This document shows positions 56,201 to 64,000 of a stretch of DNA of 64,000 nt, one piece after another. The position numbers and the translations under genes were made by a program. Numbering within the stretch: position 1 is the first letter of the stretch; the number at the start of each line of letters is the position of its first letter. Source of the DNA: an uncultured Verrucomicrobiota bacterium (GTDB taxonomy: Bacteria; Verrucomicrobiota; Verrucomicrobiia; Limisphaerales; J093); contig CAZMOZ010000002.1 in NCBI GenBank assembly GCA_964568145.1, positions 178,849-242,848 on the forward strand, in the 5' to 3' direction. The notes under the pieces were generated by a model, which was not told where the DNA came from, did not search any database, and saw nothing but the letters and a program-made list of their open reading frames with translations.

Positions 56201-56416
56201 CGTCCCGGCGGCCACCCACACCTCGTCGCCGGCTTTCGCTGCCGCCAGCGCCTGGCCCACGGTGCGCCTGGCCTGATCCCAGGTCGCGCCCGAGTTGGCG
56301 TCGTTGCCGGTGGGACTGACTTTCCAGGCGGCGGCCCGGGCGGAACCACCCAGCAGGTCCGCGGCCAGAGCACAGATTCCGGTGAAACGAAGCAGGGAAG
56401 GAAGCGTGGCTTTCAT
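53237..56416 (-). CDS. Secreted protein with two tandem right-handed beta-helix (choice-of-anchor-Q-like) modules, a TSP3-like Ca-binding segment and a C-terminal FYR module
   Basis: Start MKATLPSLL at 56414-56416. Duplicated head motif (GDEVWVAAGTYAEHV...LYGGFAGNE and GGEIWVAAGAYREHL...LYGGFAGTE). Many GGG(I/L)-type beta-helix rungs. DSDRDGMPDGWE...DPDRDGATNLEE. Ends ...AERFYRLRVRPE. Confidence 0.85.
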   Translation of the reverse strand: MKATLPSLLRFTGICALAADLLGGSARAAAWKVSPTGNDANSGATWDQARRTVGQALAAAKAGDEVWVAAGTYAEHVELKPDVALYGGFAGNETDLAARDWVRHTTVLDGTTNGIVVLISAGGPGTILDGFTIRRGAGAGVRLVNTAAVVRHNVIRDNQSTAALAYGAGVSVKNLATNAVATLERNVIVYNYAYDGGGIACIDASPRILHNVIAWNFARQNGGGISCWRDSSPLIANNVISANTAFTLDGVAVPVGGGGIFATADDLDGRPHPTAMSSPVLRNNVVAANGGWKGGGIALIDSNGGVPQVLNNTIVANNGAGIFWGSAAAPLVALLPVLRNNLVAFNPWGLELAPGTPTNAVIEFNCVIGNRLFDEATDYTGLASRTGRDGNISAGPKLASVEGGDFHLQPDSPCVNAGTNLVGAADWQDIDEQPRVAGGRMDIGADESAGETWSTVLARFHVRPDGDDAADGLSWATARKSLQATIDHAKLRGGEIWVAAGAYREHLIVPAFVHLYGGFAGTETGRAERDPQTRPTVIHGNELPNVVVFQNSGFRVSTLDGFTVTGGGRHTGGAGLNKYGRGGNGGGLHLNLSSPNIRHNLIRSNSLAHDNVTPPPGQASLGAGIYCRTSYPLISSNTIQDNEILNTFDGRGGGIYCERYSQPLIEGNTLRRNQAPYGPAVYSLHSAPVLRGNLIESNAFYNTYPLPLYLGANQGAVTLLQNDSCLIEANTFRGNVAGTGAAIHAAGCPEGRVQNNLILDNRAYDPTSFGGMGGGIYWSVLPGATGTVSIVHNTIAGNVATNLFSEMGGGLAFVLTANPERLVIANNIFASNSSGLYQIPSTPLARPVLARNNLANQRQDYVNLPAGATDLSVPPGFTGNGDWRLRPDSPCLDAGDPLYASAHDLRLVRRPLDGNNDGVAAPDLGAYEMMHSEADSDRDGMPDGWEWEHGLNPVLKDAGDDPDRDGATNLEEFYAGTWPLEPVSVLRLTITPVPGEAAVRLEFFSLSNRVYTVEYSDRLFASPPWPALTNGVSGGDTAFQLLDPAGAAERFYRLRVRPE

Positions 56417-56789
56417 GACGGGTAGCAATTGAGCGCGCCTTTGACGGCATGACCAGTTCGCGTCCCCGCGGTTCCGAAACCTCGCAGCCGGCGAGCGACG
56501 CGCTGCCGAGCGAGTGGCGGCGCCGGCGTGAGTTCATCGCTGTGGGGAGTCTCAGGACTACTAACCCTGGACGGTCATTTGTGCAAGGCCGGCTTTTGCG
56601 AAGCACCTGGCGGGAGCATCCCCGTTTCGCGCAGGTCGTTCTTGCCCTGGTGGAGCGGAACTCGTCGAGCCAGCAGTTAAACGCGGAAAGCGGATTATGT
56701 TCCTGGTTCTTGGTTCTTGGTTCCTGATCTGAAAACTGAGGACTGAGGACTGAAGATTGCGGACTACGGCCTTGGGCCTTCGACTTCCC

Positions 56790-56813
56790 GGTGGGGCGAG
56801 ACTCCGTCGAGCC
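56790..56813 (+). repeat. R3 core copy abutting the aroC-end remnant
   Basis: ggtggggcgagactccgtcgagcc, preceded by GGTTCTTGGTTCTTGGTTCC and GAGGACTGAGGACTGAAG word arrays. Confidence 0.6.
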
Positions 56814-56821
56814 ATGCCTTT

Positions 56822-56908
56822 TCACCCGCACTGGGCGTGGTGCCGCAGGGCGTGGTCGGCCAGCACCAGCTCGGTCATGGCCTCCACCATCGCCACGGCG
56901 CGGGACAG
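56822..56908 (-). pseudogene. Displaced duplicate of the aroC 3' end (last ~28 codons plus stop)
   Basis: 87 nt align to 57949-58035 with 5 mismatches (hand alignment), beginning exactly at the stop codon. Encodes ...[23 protein letters not shown]. Confidence 0.8.
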
Positions 56909-56973
56909 GGTGGGCGCGTTCACCTCACTGGCTCGCCAAGCCAAGCGCTTCCGACGGCGATCGGAACTTGAAG

Positions 56974-57897
56974 TCAAAACTCCAGCGTCCGGCACTTTTC
57001 GTCGAGCGCGGCGATGATGCGCTGAACCTGCGCGGGCTCGAGCTTGTGCGGCCGGCCTCGCAGGTAACCTGCCAGATACTTGTCGTTCATGGTTCTGGCC
57101 ACGCTTGACGACGAGGCTTGTTCAACATACCAGCCAGGCACAACCACCAGCGCCTCCGCCACGACTTGCTCGCCGGTTTTCCTGGTCAGGTACTGAGCCA
57201 CTCAGCGAGCGTTGCGCACCGCTTGAGGGATTGTCTTGCGGTCTTCCCAGTTGGGAAACGACAGCCTGTCGCCATTCTGGACGACCTTGTATTGCGGCTT
57301 GCCGGCGCGGGAGAGCGGCTTGCTCCGCGTTTTCGTCTCAAGCACAAACACCCCTCGTGTACCGACACAGACATGATCCACGTTCCAGTCCCCGTCGCCA
57401 GGCAGGTCGTGGAACGTTCGATAACCTTCATCGGCCACTTCCGCCAGGATCTCCCCCACCGCCTGCTCCCCGCGCAACCCTAGCCGCAACTGTCGAGTTT
57501 CATTCCTTAGCCGCACCAAGCGAATGAGTAGCCAGGTGCCAAGCCCAATGAAGAAAAGTATCATGACCAACGACACCAGGCCGATCTTGTGGACCAAGAG
57601 GAATCGGGTAGCCGGTAGCAATGCCGGCAACGAGCCGACGGCAATACCCCAGCAACCGAGTGCGGCCAACAGCCAAACGGTAAATTTGTCGAACACCTCG
57701 TCGAGTCGCAGCATCAGGGAATAGCCCGGGGGTCGGAGTAGCTTCTGAGTGGTGGGTGGGTTTCGCTGTTTGTCCCGATGCTTGTCCACTACCTCAATTT
57801 TGAGCCAAATCGCAACAAGTGGTACGGACAAACCAACCAAAAAGGGCAGGCCGGCTTTCAATTGGGCCGGCCAGTCAAACGCAGCTAGTGTTGTCAT
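56974..57897 (-). pseudogene. Membrane-anchored NERD (nuclease-related domain) protein gene interrupted by an in-frame TGA
   Basis: MTTLAAFDW... with three hydrophobic helices, then the NERD core GEQAVGEILAEVADEGYRTFHDLPGDGDWNVDHVCVGTRGVFVLETK. A TGA at 57202-57204 is followed in the same frame by 75 more codons (VVVPGWYV...). Confidence 0.75.
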
Positions 57898-57948
57898 GCC
57901 GGGCGGACTTTCCGAAACACACCCGGCTGAGGAAAGCAAACTGTTGGA

Positions 57949-59028
57949 TCACCCGCACTGGGCGTGGTGCCGCAAGGCGTGGTCGGCCAGCACCAGCGCG
58001 GTCATGGCCTCCACCATCGGCACGGCGCGCGGCAGCACACAGGGATCATGGCGGCCGCGGCCTTTGAGGGTGGTGTTCTGGAGGTTCACGTCCACCGTGT
58101 CCTGCTCGTGCATGATGGTGGCCACGGGCTTGAACGCGACGCGGAAGTAGATCGTCTCCCCGTTGCTGATGCCGCCCTGCACGCCGCCGCTGCGGTTGGT
58201 CACGGTGCGCACGCGGCCGCCCACGTTGCGGAAGGCGTCGTTGTGCTCGCGGCCGGTCAGCCGGATGCCCTCGAAGCCCGAGCCGAGGTCGAAGCCCTTC
58301 GCGGCCGGCAGGCTGAGCAGGGCCTTGGCGAGGTCGGCCTCCAGCCGGTCGAACACCGGCTCGCCCCAGCCGGGCGGCACGCCTCGCGCCACGCCCAGCA
58401 CGATGCCGCCCACCGAATCACCTTCCGCGCGCCGCTGCTCGATGAGTTCGATCATGTGTTGCGCGGCCGCCGCGTCCGGGCAGCGCACAATGTTCGACTC
58501 GATCGCGTCGAAGCTCACCTTCTCCGGGTCCACCTCGGCCCGGAGGTCCTGCACTTGCATGACGCAGGCCAGGATTTCCACGCCCCAGCGTTCGCGCAGG
58601 AGTTTCCTGGCGATGGCGCCGGCGGCCACGCGCCCCACCGTCTCACGCGCGCTGCTGCGTCCGCCGCCCGGCCAGGCGCGGATGCCGTATTTGGCCTGGT
58701 AGGTGTAGTCCGCGTGCGAAGGGCGGAACTTGGCGGCCATCTCCGCGTAGGCCTCGGCGCGGGCGTCCTCGTTTTTCACCCACAAGGCGATGGGCGTGCC
58801 GAGCGTGAGCCCCTCGAACGTGCCGGACAGGATTTGCACGGTGTCGCTCTCCTTGCGGGGCGTGACGATCTTCGACTGCCCCGGCCGGCGGCGGTCGAGG
58901 TCCGGCTGGATGTCCGCCTCGGTCAACGGCAGGCGCGGCGGGCAGCCGTCCACCACCGCGCCCACGCCGCCGCCGTGGGATTCGCCCCAGGTGGTGACGC
59001 GGAAGAGGTGGCCGAAGGTGTTTGCCAT
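57949..59028 (-). CDS. aroC: Chorismate synthase
   Basis: [23 protein letters not shown]... full-length AroC pattern. Confidence 0.96.
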   Translation of the reverse strand: MANTFGHLFRVTTWGESHGGGVGAVVDGCPPRLPLTEADIQPDLDRRRPGQSKIVTPRKESDTVQILSGTFEGLTLGTPIALWVKNEDARAEAYAEMAAKFRPSHADYTYQAKYGIRAWPGGGRSSARETVGRVAAGAIARKLLRERWGVEILACVMQVQDLRAEVDPEKVSFDAIESNIVRCPDAAAAQHMIELIEQRRAEGDSVGGIVLGVARGVPPGWGEPVFDRLEADLAKALLSLPAAKGFDLGSGFEGIRLTGREHNDAFRNVGGRVRTVTNRSGGVQGGISNGETIYFRVAFKPVATIMHEQDTVDVNLQNTTLKGRGRHDPCVLPRAVPMVEAMTALVLADHALRHHAQCG

Positions 59029-59082
59029 GACCGCAGGGTGCGCGAAAGCGCCGGCGCGGTCAAACCCCGGTCCGCGCCCGGC

Positions 59083-60111
59083 CTACGGCGGGCAGCGGCG
59101 CAGGTGGTCCAGGAGTTCGGCAAAGTCGCACGTGGCCAGCGCGCAGTATTTGTCCCCGGCGCCGTAATAGACGAACAGCGTGCCGTCCTTCACCACGGTG
59201 CCGCACGGGAAGCAGACTCCGCGATAGAAGCCTTCGATTTCGTAATCGGCCTCGGGCTGCATCAGCCAGTCCGGCGTGCGGTGCCGCACACGGGCCGGAT
59301 CCTCGAGGTCGAGCAGCAACGCGCCCAGGCGGTAGAACTTGTCCGCGCCCACCGCGTGGTAAAGCGTGAACCAGCCGTGCGGCGTCTTGAGGGGCGGCGT
59401 GTTGAGACCCAGCTTGTTTGTCTCCCACGCGAAACGCTGCTTGATGAGCAGCCGGCTGGGCGCGGCGGGCAGGCCCATGAGGTCGTCGGCGCACTTGATC
59501 CAGGCGCAGGCGTGTTCGGTGCCGTATTGCGGGCCCACCCATTCGAGCGGCCGGTGCGCCAGCCAGAACTTCCCGCCGATCTTCTCCGGGAACAGGATCG
59601 CGTCGCGGTCGTCCAGCAGCGGGTCGGTGATCCAGCCGGCGCGGATCCAGTGCCGGAAATCGCGCGTCAGCGCCAGGCCGGTAAGTGTGGCGTTGGCGCG
59701 CAGGTAATGCGGAAACTCCGGCGCCGCCCCGGCCGGCCGCGCGTAGTGGTCGCGGCCGCCCGGCACCCAGAACTGGCCGAAGGGATAGTGCCGGCAGGCA
59801 TAGGTCACGTAGAACCAGTCGCCCAGCTTCACGATCCGCGGATCCTGGATGGTCGCGCCGTCGAAGCCCTCGCCGCTCGGGCTCAAGGCGGGCTGGTCGC
59901 TCACGCGCTCGAAGTGGTACCCGTCCCGGCTTCTTGCCAGGCCGAACCAGCATTTGTACTCCGGGCCGGACTCGGCGGCGCGGTACAGCAGGATCACCTC
60001 GCCGGTGGCCTCGTCCAGCCACGCGGCGGGATTGAACACCGCCAGGTCCTCCCACGGATGGTCCGGATGAGGCGACAGGATCGGGTTGCCGGCGAAACGC
60101 TGCAATTTCAT
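59083..60111 (-). CDS. Glycoside hydrolase family 130 (beta-mannoside phosphorylase/DUF377-type glycosidase)
   Basis: NPILSP...WEDLAVFNPAAW...DPRIVKLGDWFYVTY...GADKFYRLGALLLDLEDP pattern of the 5-bladed propeller GH130 family, as I recognise it. Confidence 0.85.
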   Translation of the reverse strand: MKLQRFAGNPILSPHPDHPWEDLAVFNPAAWLDEATGEVILLYRAAESGPEYKCWFGLARSRDGYHFERVSDQPALSPSGEGFDGATIQDPRIVKLGDWFYVTYACRHYPFGQFWVPGGRDHYARPAGAAPEFPHYLRANATLTGLALTRDFRHWIRAGWITDPLLDDRDAILFPEKIGGKFWLAHRPLEWVGPQYGTEHACAWIKCADDLMGLPAAPSRLLIKQRFAWETNKLGLNTPPLKTPHGWFTLYHAVGADKFYRLGALLLDLEDPARVRHRTPDWLMQPEADYEIEGFYRGVCFPCGTVVKDGTLFVYYGAGDKYCALATCDFAELLDHLRRCPP

Positions 60112-60354
60112 CGCCGCAGCGTGGCAACGGCCGCCCCAGCCGGCAAGCGCGGTGGGATGCGGCTGGTGGAAACCACGAAGACGCCAAGGACACGAAGGGG
60201 CGAAGCCATAAACTCATCGGGCCTTGGAAGACGGTCTGTCTCCGGCGGTTGTGCCCGGCAGGGCGAACGGCGAAGCGAGGGCCGGTCTTTATTCGTGCGG
60301 ATTCGTGTCCATTCGTGATCCCGGCGAACGGCTCCCACCGAGCCGCCGGCGCGT

Positions 60355-61656
60355 TCAGCGCTCCGCCACCACCGGCGCCAAGTCCAGGCAGGCGCCTTCT
60401 TTGGTGCTGCGCGCAAAGATGCGGCCGCCGCTGACGGTCGGGTGGTTCCAGCACTTGCCCGCGACGGCCTTGGTCCGTGCGATTTCCTTGTATCCGGATG
60501 GCTGCGGGTCCACGAGCACCACCTCGCCGCGGTCGTTCAAGGCCACGAGCACACCGCCGGCCAGCACCACCCCGCCGGGGCCGAAGTCGGGCGCCGACCA
60601 GACCTCCCGGCCGGCTGCCAGCTCGACGCACTTGAGCGCGCCTTTGCCGTATTCCTTGAAGCTGAACATGCCGTACAGGTGGCCGTCCCGGACCACCGGC
60701 GTGCTCCAATGGTTCGCCAGGTCGTTGCCGGTCTTGCGCCACAACTCGGCGGACGTCCACGCCTCGCCCTCCCGGCTGATGCGGTAGGCCCCCGCGCCCA
60801 CGCCGTAGCCGGCCGAGCAGTACACGATGTCGCCGTCCACGACCGGTGACGCCGCGGTGGACACGCTGAAGCGGTACGGCTGCCGCCAGAGCACCCGGCC
60901 CGAGGCGGCCTCGCAGGACACCAGCCCCGACTGGGCGAAGAAGATCACCTGCCGCACACCGTGGATCGTGGCGAACGTGGGCGTGACGTGGGTGGGCGTC
61001 TCGGTCCCGCCCTTCCAGGCCACGGAACCGTCGGCCTGCCGGAACGCCAGCAGCGACTGCCCCGGCCCGCCGCCAGCCACGAACACCAAGCCGTCCTCGA
61101 GCAGCGGTGACGCGGCGTTCTGCCACGCGATCATCTTGCCGCCAAAATCCGCGAGCAGGTCCTTGGTCCACAAGGTCCGGCCGTCCGCGGCGTTCAGGCA
61201 GTGCAGCTTGAACCGGCTGTCGAAGACGAACACCCGGTCGCCCGCCACGGAGGGCGTGCTGCGCGGGCCGTCGCCACCCTTGTTGTCCGGCGCGCCGGAG
61301 TCGCCGCCGCCGTCGTACTTGGCGGAGTTCAACGGCGCGGCCCACAGCTCCCGGCCGGTGGCGGCGTCCAGCGCCAGGCAGACCTCGTGCTTCACGCCGT
61401 CCACCTCGCGGGCGACGACGGTGAAGGCGCGGTTGCCGGCCACGGCCAGGATGCTGAAGCCAGCCGGGGTCGGCGTCTTCCAGACCACCTTCGGTCCGCC
61501 GGCGGGCCAGGCGGTGGCGAGGCGGCTGGTGGTCTTGCCGTCGTGGCTCGGGCCGCGGTACTGCAGCCAGTCGGCCCGGAGCGGGGTGGCGGCGAGGCAG
61601 ACAACGGCGGCGCCCGCCAGGAGGCGCGCAAGGCGGCGGTTCAAAACGTCGTTCAT
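60355..61656 (-). CDS. PQQ-like beta-propeller repeat protein (BamB-like fold), secreted
   Basis: Signal LLAGAAVVCLAATPLRA, then DWLQYRGPSHDG and a repeated G..LW pattern. Confidence 0.85.
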   Translation of the reverse strand: MNDVLNRRLARLLAGAAVVCLAATPLRADWLQYRGPSHDGKTTSRLATAWPAGGPKVVWKTPTPAGFSILAVAGNRAFTVVAREVDGVKHEVCLALDAATGRELWAAPLNSAKYDGGGDSGAPDNKGGDGPRSTPSVAGDRVFVFDSRFKLHCLNAADGRTLWTKDLLADFGGKMIAWQNAASPLLEDGLVFVAGGGPGQSLLAFRQADGSVAWKGGTETPTHVTPTFATIHGVRQVIFFAQSGLVSCEAASGRVLWRQPYRFSVSTAASPVVDGDIVYCSAGYGVGAGAYRISREGEAWTSAELWRKTGNDLANHWSTPVVRDGHLYGMFSFKEYGKGALKCVELAAGREVWSAPDFGPGGVVLAGGVLVALNDRGEVVLVDPQPSGYKEIARTKAVAGKCWNHPTVSGGRIFARSTKEGACLDLAPVVAER

Positions 61657-61758
61657 GCGGGTGCGAGTTTGCCCGCAAACCGCGCGACGTCAAATCGGGC
61701 TGGCGCGCTTTGTCCGGGCGGAAGTCGTAGCGCCGGCTAACAAGCCGGCACCTTGGGT

Positions 61759-61812
61759 GGGTCGCCCCTCGCTGAGAGGCGACGCTTCCCGGCCTCTGGG
61801 CCGGAGGCCGGC
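61759..61812. repeat. R2 hairpin and tail element, partial copy
   Basis: GTCGCCCCTC-gctg-AGAGGCGAC followed by cttcccggcctctgggccggaggccgg. Confidence 0.5.
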
Positions 61813-61869
61813 CAACGCGCAGCGGCGCCGTGCCGGCACAGTGAAATCCGGCTGGCTAGAAGCATCCCT

Positions 61870-62661
61870 TCAGCCGGCGGCGGTCCGGGCGGCCAGCCGC
61901 GCGAGGACTTCCTGGGTCAGCACTTCGTAAGCCGCCGCGCCGGCGCTGTACGGGTCGTACACGATGATCGGCTGGCCGTAGCTGGGCGCCTCGGCCAGGC
62001 GCGTGGTGCGCGGGATGACCGTGTCGAAGACGATGTCCTTGAAATGCTCGCGCACCTCGCTCACGACCTGCTGCGAGAGCCGGGTGCGGCCGTCGAACAT
62101 GGTCATGACCACGCCGAGCAGTTCGAGCCGCGGATTCGTCCCGCCGCCGCGCAACTGGTCGAGCAGCCGCGTCAGCATCGAGATGCCTTCGAGGGCGTAA
62201 TACTCGCATTGCAGCGGCACCAGCAGGTGATCGGCCGCGGCGAAGGCGTTCAAGGTCAGAATGCCCAGCGAGGGCGGGCAGTCCACGAGGATCAGGTCGC
62301 GCGTGGCCTCGGCACGGATGGGCGCGAGCGCCGTCGCGAGCCGGCGCAGGTGGTGGTCCAGGCGTGGCAGCTCGACGTCGGCGCCGCACATGTCGAGTTC
62401 GCTGGGAATCATCTCGAGCCGCTCAAACGCGGTGGGTTTGATGCGCGGGGCCAGCGGCTCCTCGCCAAGCAGGGCCGCATAGGCGCTGGCGCCGGGAGTT
62501 TTCTCGAGGCCGAGGCCGCTGGTCGCGTTGGCCTGCGGGTCGAGGTCGAGCAGGAGCACGCGCCGGCCGGCGGCGGCGAGGCAGGCGGCGAGATTCACGG
62601 CGGTGGTGGTCTTGCCGACGCCGCCCTTCTGGTTGGCGACCGCGAGCACGGTGGTTGGCAC
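61870..62661 (-). CDS. parA: ParA/Soj-family partition ATPase
   Basis: GTG at 62659-62661 gives (M)PTTVLAVANQKGGVGKTT. The full ParA pattern runs through to DPYSAGAAAYEVL. The track ORF extends a further 113 non-homologous codons. Confidence 0.88.
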   Translation of the reverse strand: MPTTVLAVANQKGGVGKTTTAVNLAACLAAAGRRVLLLDLDPQANATSGLGLEKTPGASAYAALLGEEPLAPRIKPTAFERLEMIPSELDMCGADVELPRLDHHLRRLATALAPIRAEATRDLILVDCPPSLGILTLNAFAAADHLLVPLQCEYYALEGISMLTRLLDQLRGGGTNPRLELLGVVMTMFDGRTRLSQQVVSEVREHFKDIVFDTVIPRTTRLAEAPSYGQPIIVYDPYSAGAAAYEVLTQEVLARLAARTAAG

Positions 62662-63005
62662 AGCGGGATTTAAGGCGTCCGCCCGGCGGGCTTCAAGGCT
62701 TTCACCGTGGTCAGGATGCCGCGTCCCGAGTACAGCCGCGGCTGTAGTGGCGCAGACGCCCGCGCCTGTGGATGTCACGCGGGCGACCAGCCCGCAACCG
62801 CCGTGGACGTGGAAGTCCGCGCCCCAAGGCTGGGCGTCGGGGAACTCCGCCCTCCGAAACCAGCAATGCTGCCGCTGAGGTTGCAGCGCTCGCCGGCTTC
62901 TCTCCCCACCCGCACAGGGCTGACCTGTGAAACTGAGATTCGCCAATCCCCCGCGCCGGATTTCCCGCTTGCCGGGCCGCCGTGTGGACGGGATAACCAC
63001 GCGCC

Positions 63006-64000
63006 GTGGATGGGTTGCCGCAAGCCGACGCCGCCCTGTTCCGGTTCATCAACCTCTCGCTGAGCCACCCCCTCCTCGACGCCGTCATGCCGTGGTTCAG
63101 CGGGAACAAGGCGTTCATTCCCGCCCTGCTGCTCGCGCTGGCCCTGCTGGTCTGGCGCGGCGGCGCGCGCGGCCGTGTCTGCGCGGCGCTGCTGGTGCTC
63201 CTGCTGGCGCTGGGCAACACGATCTTCGATCTGCTCAAGGAAGTGTTCGCCCGGCCGCGGCCGTTTGTGGATTTGCCGGACGCGCGGGTGCTGCTTGGCC
63301 GGGGGGGCAGCGGAAGCCTGCCGTCGGCTCACGCGGGCAATTGGTTTCTCGGCCTGGCCGTGCTCGCCCGGTATTACCCGCGCACGTGCTGGGTGATGCT
63401 GGCGCTGGCCGTGGCGGTGAGCTTCTCGCGGGTGTACTGCGGCGTGCATTACCCGGCGGACGTGCTGGCCGGCGCCGCGCTCGGACTCGCAATCGGCTGG
63501 GGCGGCGTGCTCCTCGCGGACCGCCTCTGGCGCGCGGCCGGCCGGCGGTGGTTCCCGCTGTGGTGGCGGCAACTGCCCTCGCTGCGCGCCCCGGTGTTCC
63601 ACCCCGACCCGCTTGCCTGGCAGCCGGACGCCCCCCCGGTGCGCGACCCGGCGGTGGTGGCCGACCGCCAATGGCTGCGGCTCGGCTGCCTGTGCATCGC
63701 TGCGCTGTTCGTGTTCCGCCTGGGTTACATCGCATCCGACACCATCGAACTCAGCGAGGACGAGGCCTATCAGTGGCTGTGGTCGAAACACCTCGCGCTC
63801 TCGTACTACAGCAAACCGCCGATGATCGCGTACCTCCAATGGCTGGGCACGCGCTTGTGGGGTGACACGGAACTGGGCGTGCGCTTCATGTCCCCGGTGA
63901 TCGCGGCGGGGATCGCGTGGCTGCTGTTGCGGTTTTTCGCGGCGCACGTGAGCGCGCGGGCCGGCTTCTGGCTGGTGGTCATGCTGAGCGTGACGCCGCT
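63006..64000 (+). CDS. PAP2 phosphatase domain fused to a GT39 (ArnT/PMT_2-like) glycosyltransferase membrane domain, 3' partial. Absent from the supplied ORF track
   Basis: My own translation from GTG 63006 (in-frame TAA at 62994). PAP2 motifs KEVFARPRP, PSAH and SRVYCGVHYPADV, then SEDEAYQWLWSKHLALSYYSKPPMIAYL. The frame is open to nt 64000. Confidence 0.8.
   Translation, partial: MDGLPQADAALFRFINLSLSHPLLDAVMPWFSGNKAFIPALLLALALLVWRGGARGRVCAALLVLLLALGNTIFDLLKEVFARPRPFVDLPDARVLLGRGGSGSLPSAHAGNWFLGLAVLARYYPRTCWVMLALAVAVSFSRVYCGVHYPADVLAGAALGLAIGWGGVLLADRLWRAAGRRWFPLWWRQLPSLRAPVFHPDPLAWQPDAPPVRDPAVVADRQWLRLGCLCIAALFVFRLGYIASDTIELSEDEAYQWLWSKHLALSYYSKPPMIAYLQWLGTRLWGDTELGVRFMSPVIAAGIAWLLLRFFAAHVSARAGFWLVVMLSVTP

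Noticed and set aside
57202-57204. In-frame TGA as selenocysteine or a reassigned codon
   Set aside because: TGA is used as a genuine stop by well-supported genes in this window, for example 1759-1761, 3153-3155, 36080-36082 and the aroC stop at 57949-57951. I see no SECIS-like hairpin immediately downstream. A nonsense mutation is the simpler explanation.
18222-58035. Calling the two repeat-bounded inserts IS elements, integrons or prophage remnants
   Set aside because: Neither insert, nor anywhere else in the window, contains a transposase, integrase, terminal inverted repeats, attC-like sites or phage structural genes. I report only the architecture.
57964-61693. 784-aa plus ORF (57964-60318) and 877-aa minus ORF (59060-61693)
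   Set aside because: They overlap aroC, the GH130 gene and the PQQ-propeller gene, all of which have strong family signatures in other frames. The products are Arg/Pro-rich artefacts.

Overview
This is a 64-kb high-GC chromosomal segment. I infer a PVC-superphylum (Verrucomicrobiota-like) origin from the gene content, not from any marker gene. That content includes three prepilin-type N-methylation 'pseudopilin' paralogs, two PEP-CTERM proteins, a ~3,220-aa CotH/lamin-tail-domain giant protein, beta-helix and lectin-like secreted proteins, and dense families of intergenic hairpin and 'word' repeats. I can support about 42 protein-coding genes, 2 tRNAs (Ala-CGC, Thr-CGU), 4 gene fragments or pseudogenes, several rho-independent terminators and more than 25 copies of five intergenic repeat families. 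Housekeeping anchors are thyA, ftsK, fba (class II), aroC and parA. I saw no rRNA, CRISPR array, transposase or integrase. One real gene, a PAP2 + GT39-like fusion running off the 3' edge at 63006-64000, is missing from the supplied ORF track. Many long track ORFs are GC-driven antisense artefacts. The leads worth a second look are: (1) a translationally chained operon of ABC ATPase, a permease with an embedded HlyD-type adaptor, and a non-catalytic FGE/SUMF1-like secreted protein (10661-14980). (2) Two low-GC cargo insertions bounded by direct duplications of a host gene end, with no recombinase. One sits in the aroC 3' end and carries a membrane NERD gene with an in-frame TGA (56822-58035). 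The other sits in the MFS 5' end and carries a subtilase cassette (18222-22446). (3) The subtilase is broken at two homopolymer tracts, C6 and C11. (4) An Hdr-like module (HdrA plus two CCG-domain proteins, one membrane anchored) of unknown substrate. (5) A shared C-terminal [FY][FY]R[LIVA] module on five secreted proteins. (6) The repeat families themselves, including one hairpin element split by a nested insertion. I cannot name a single canonical system such as a defence system from the sequence alone.
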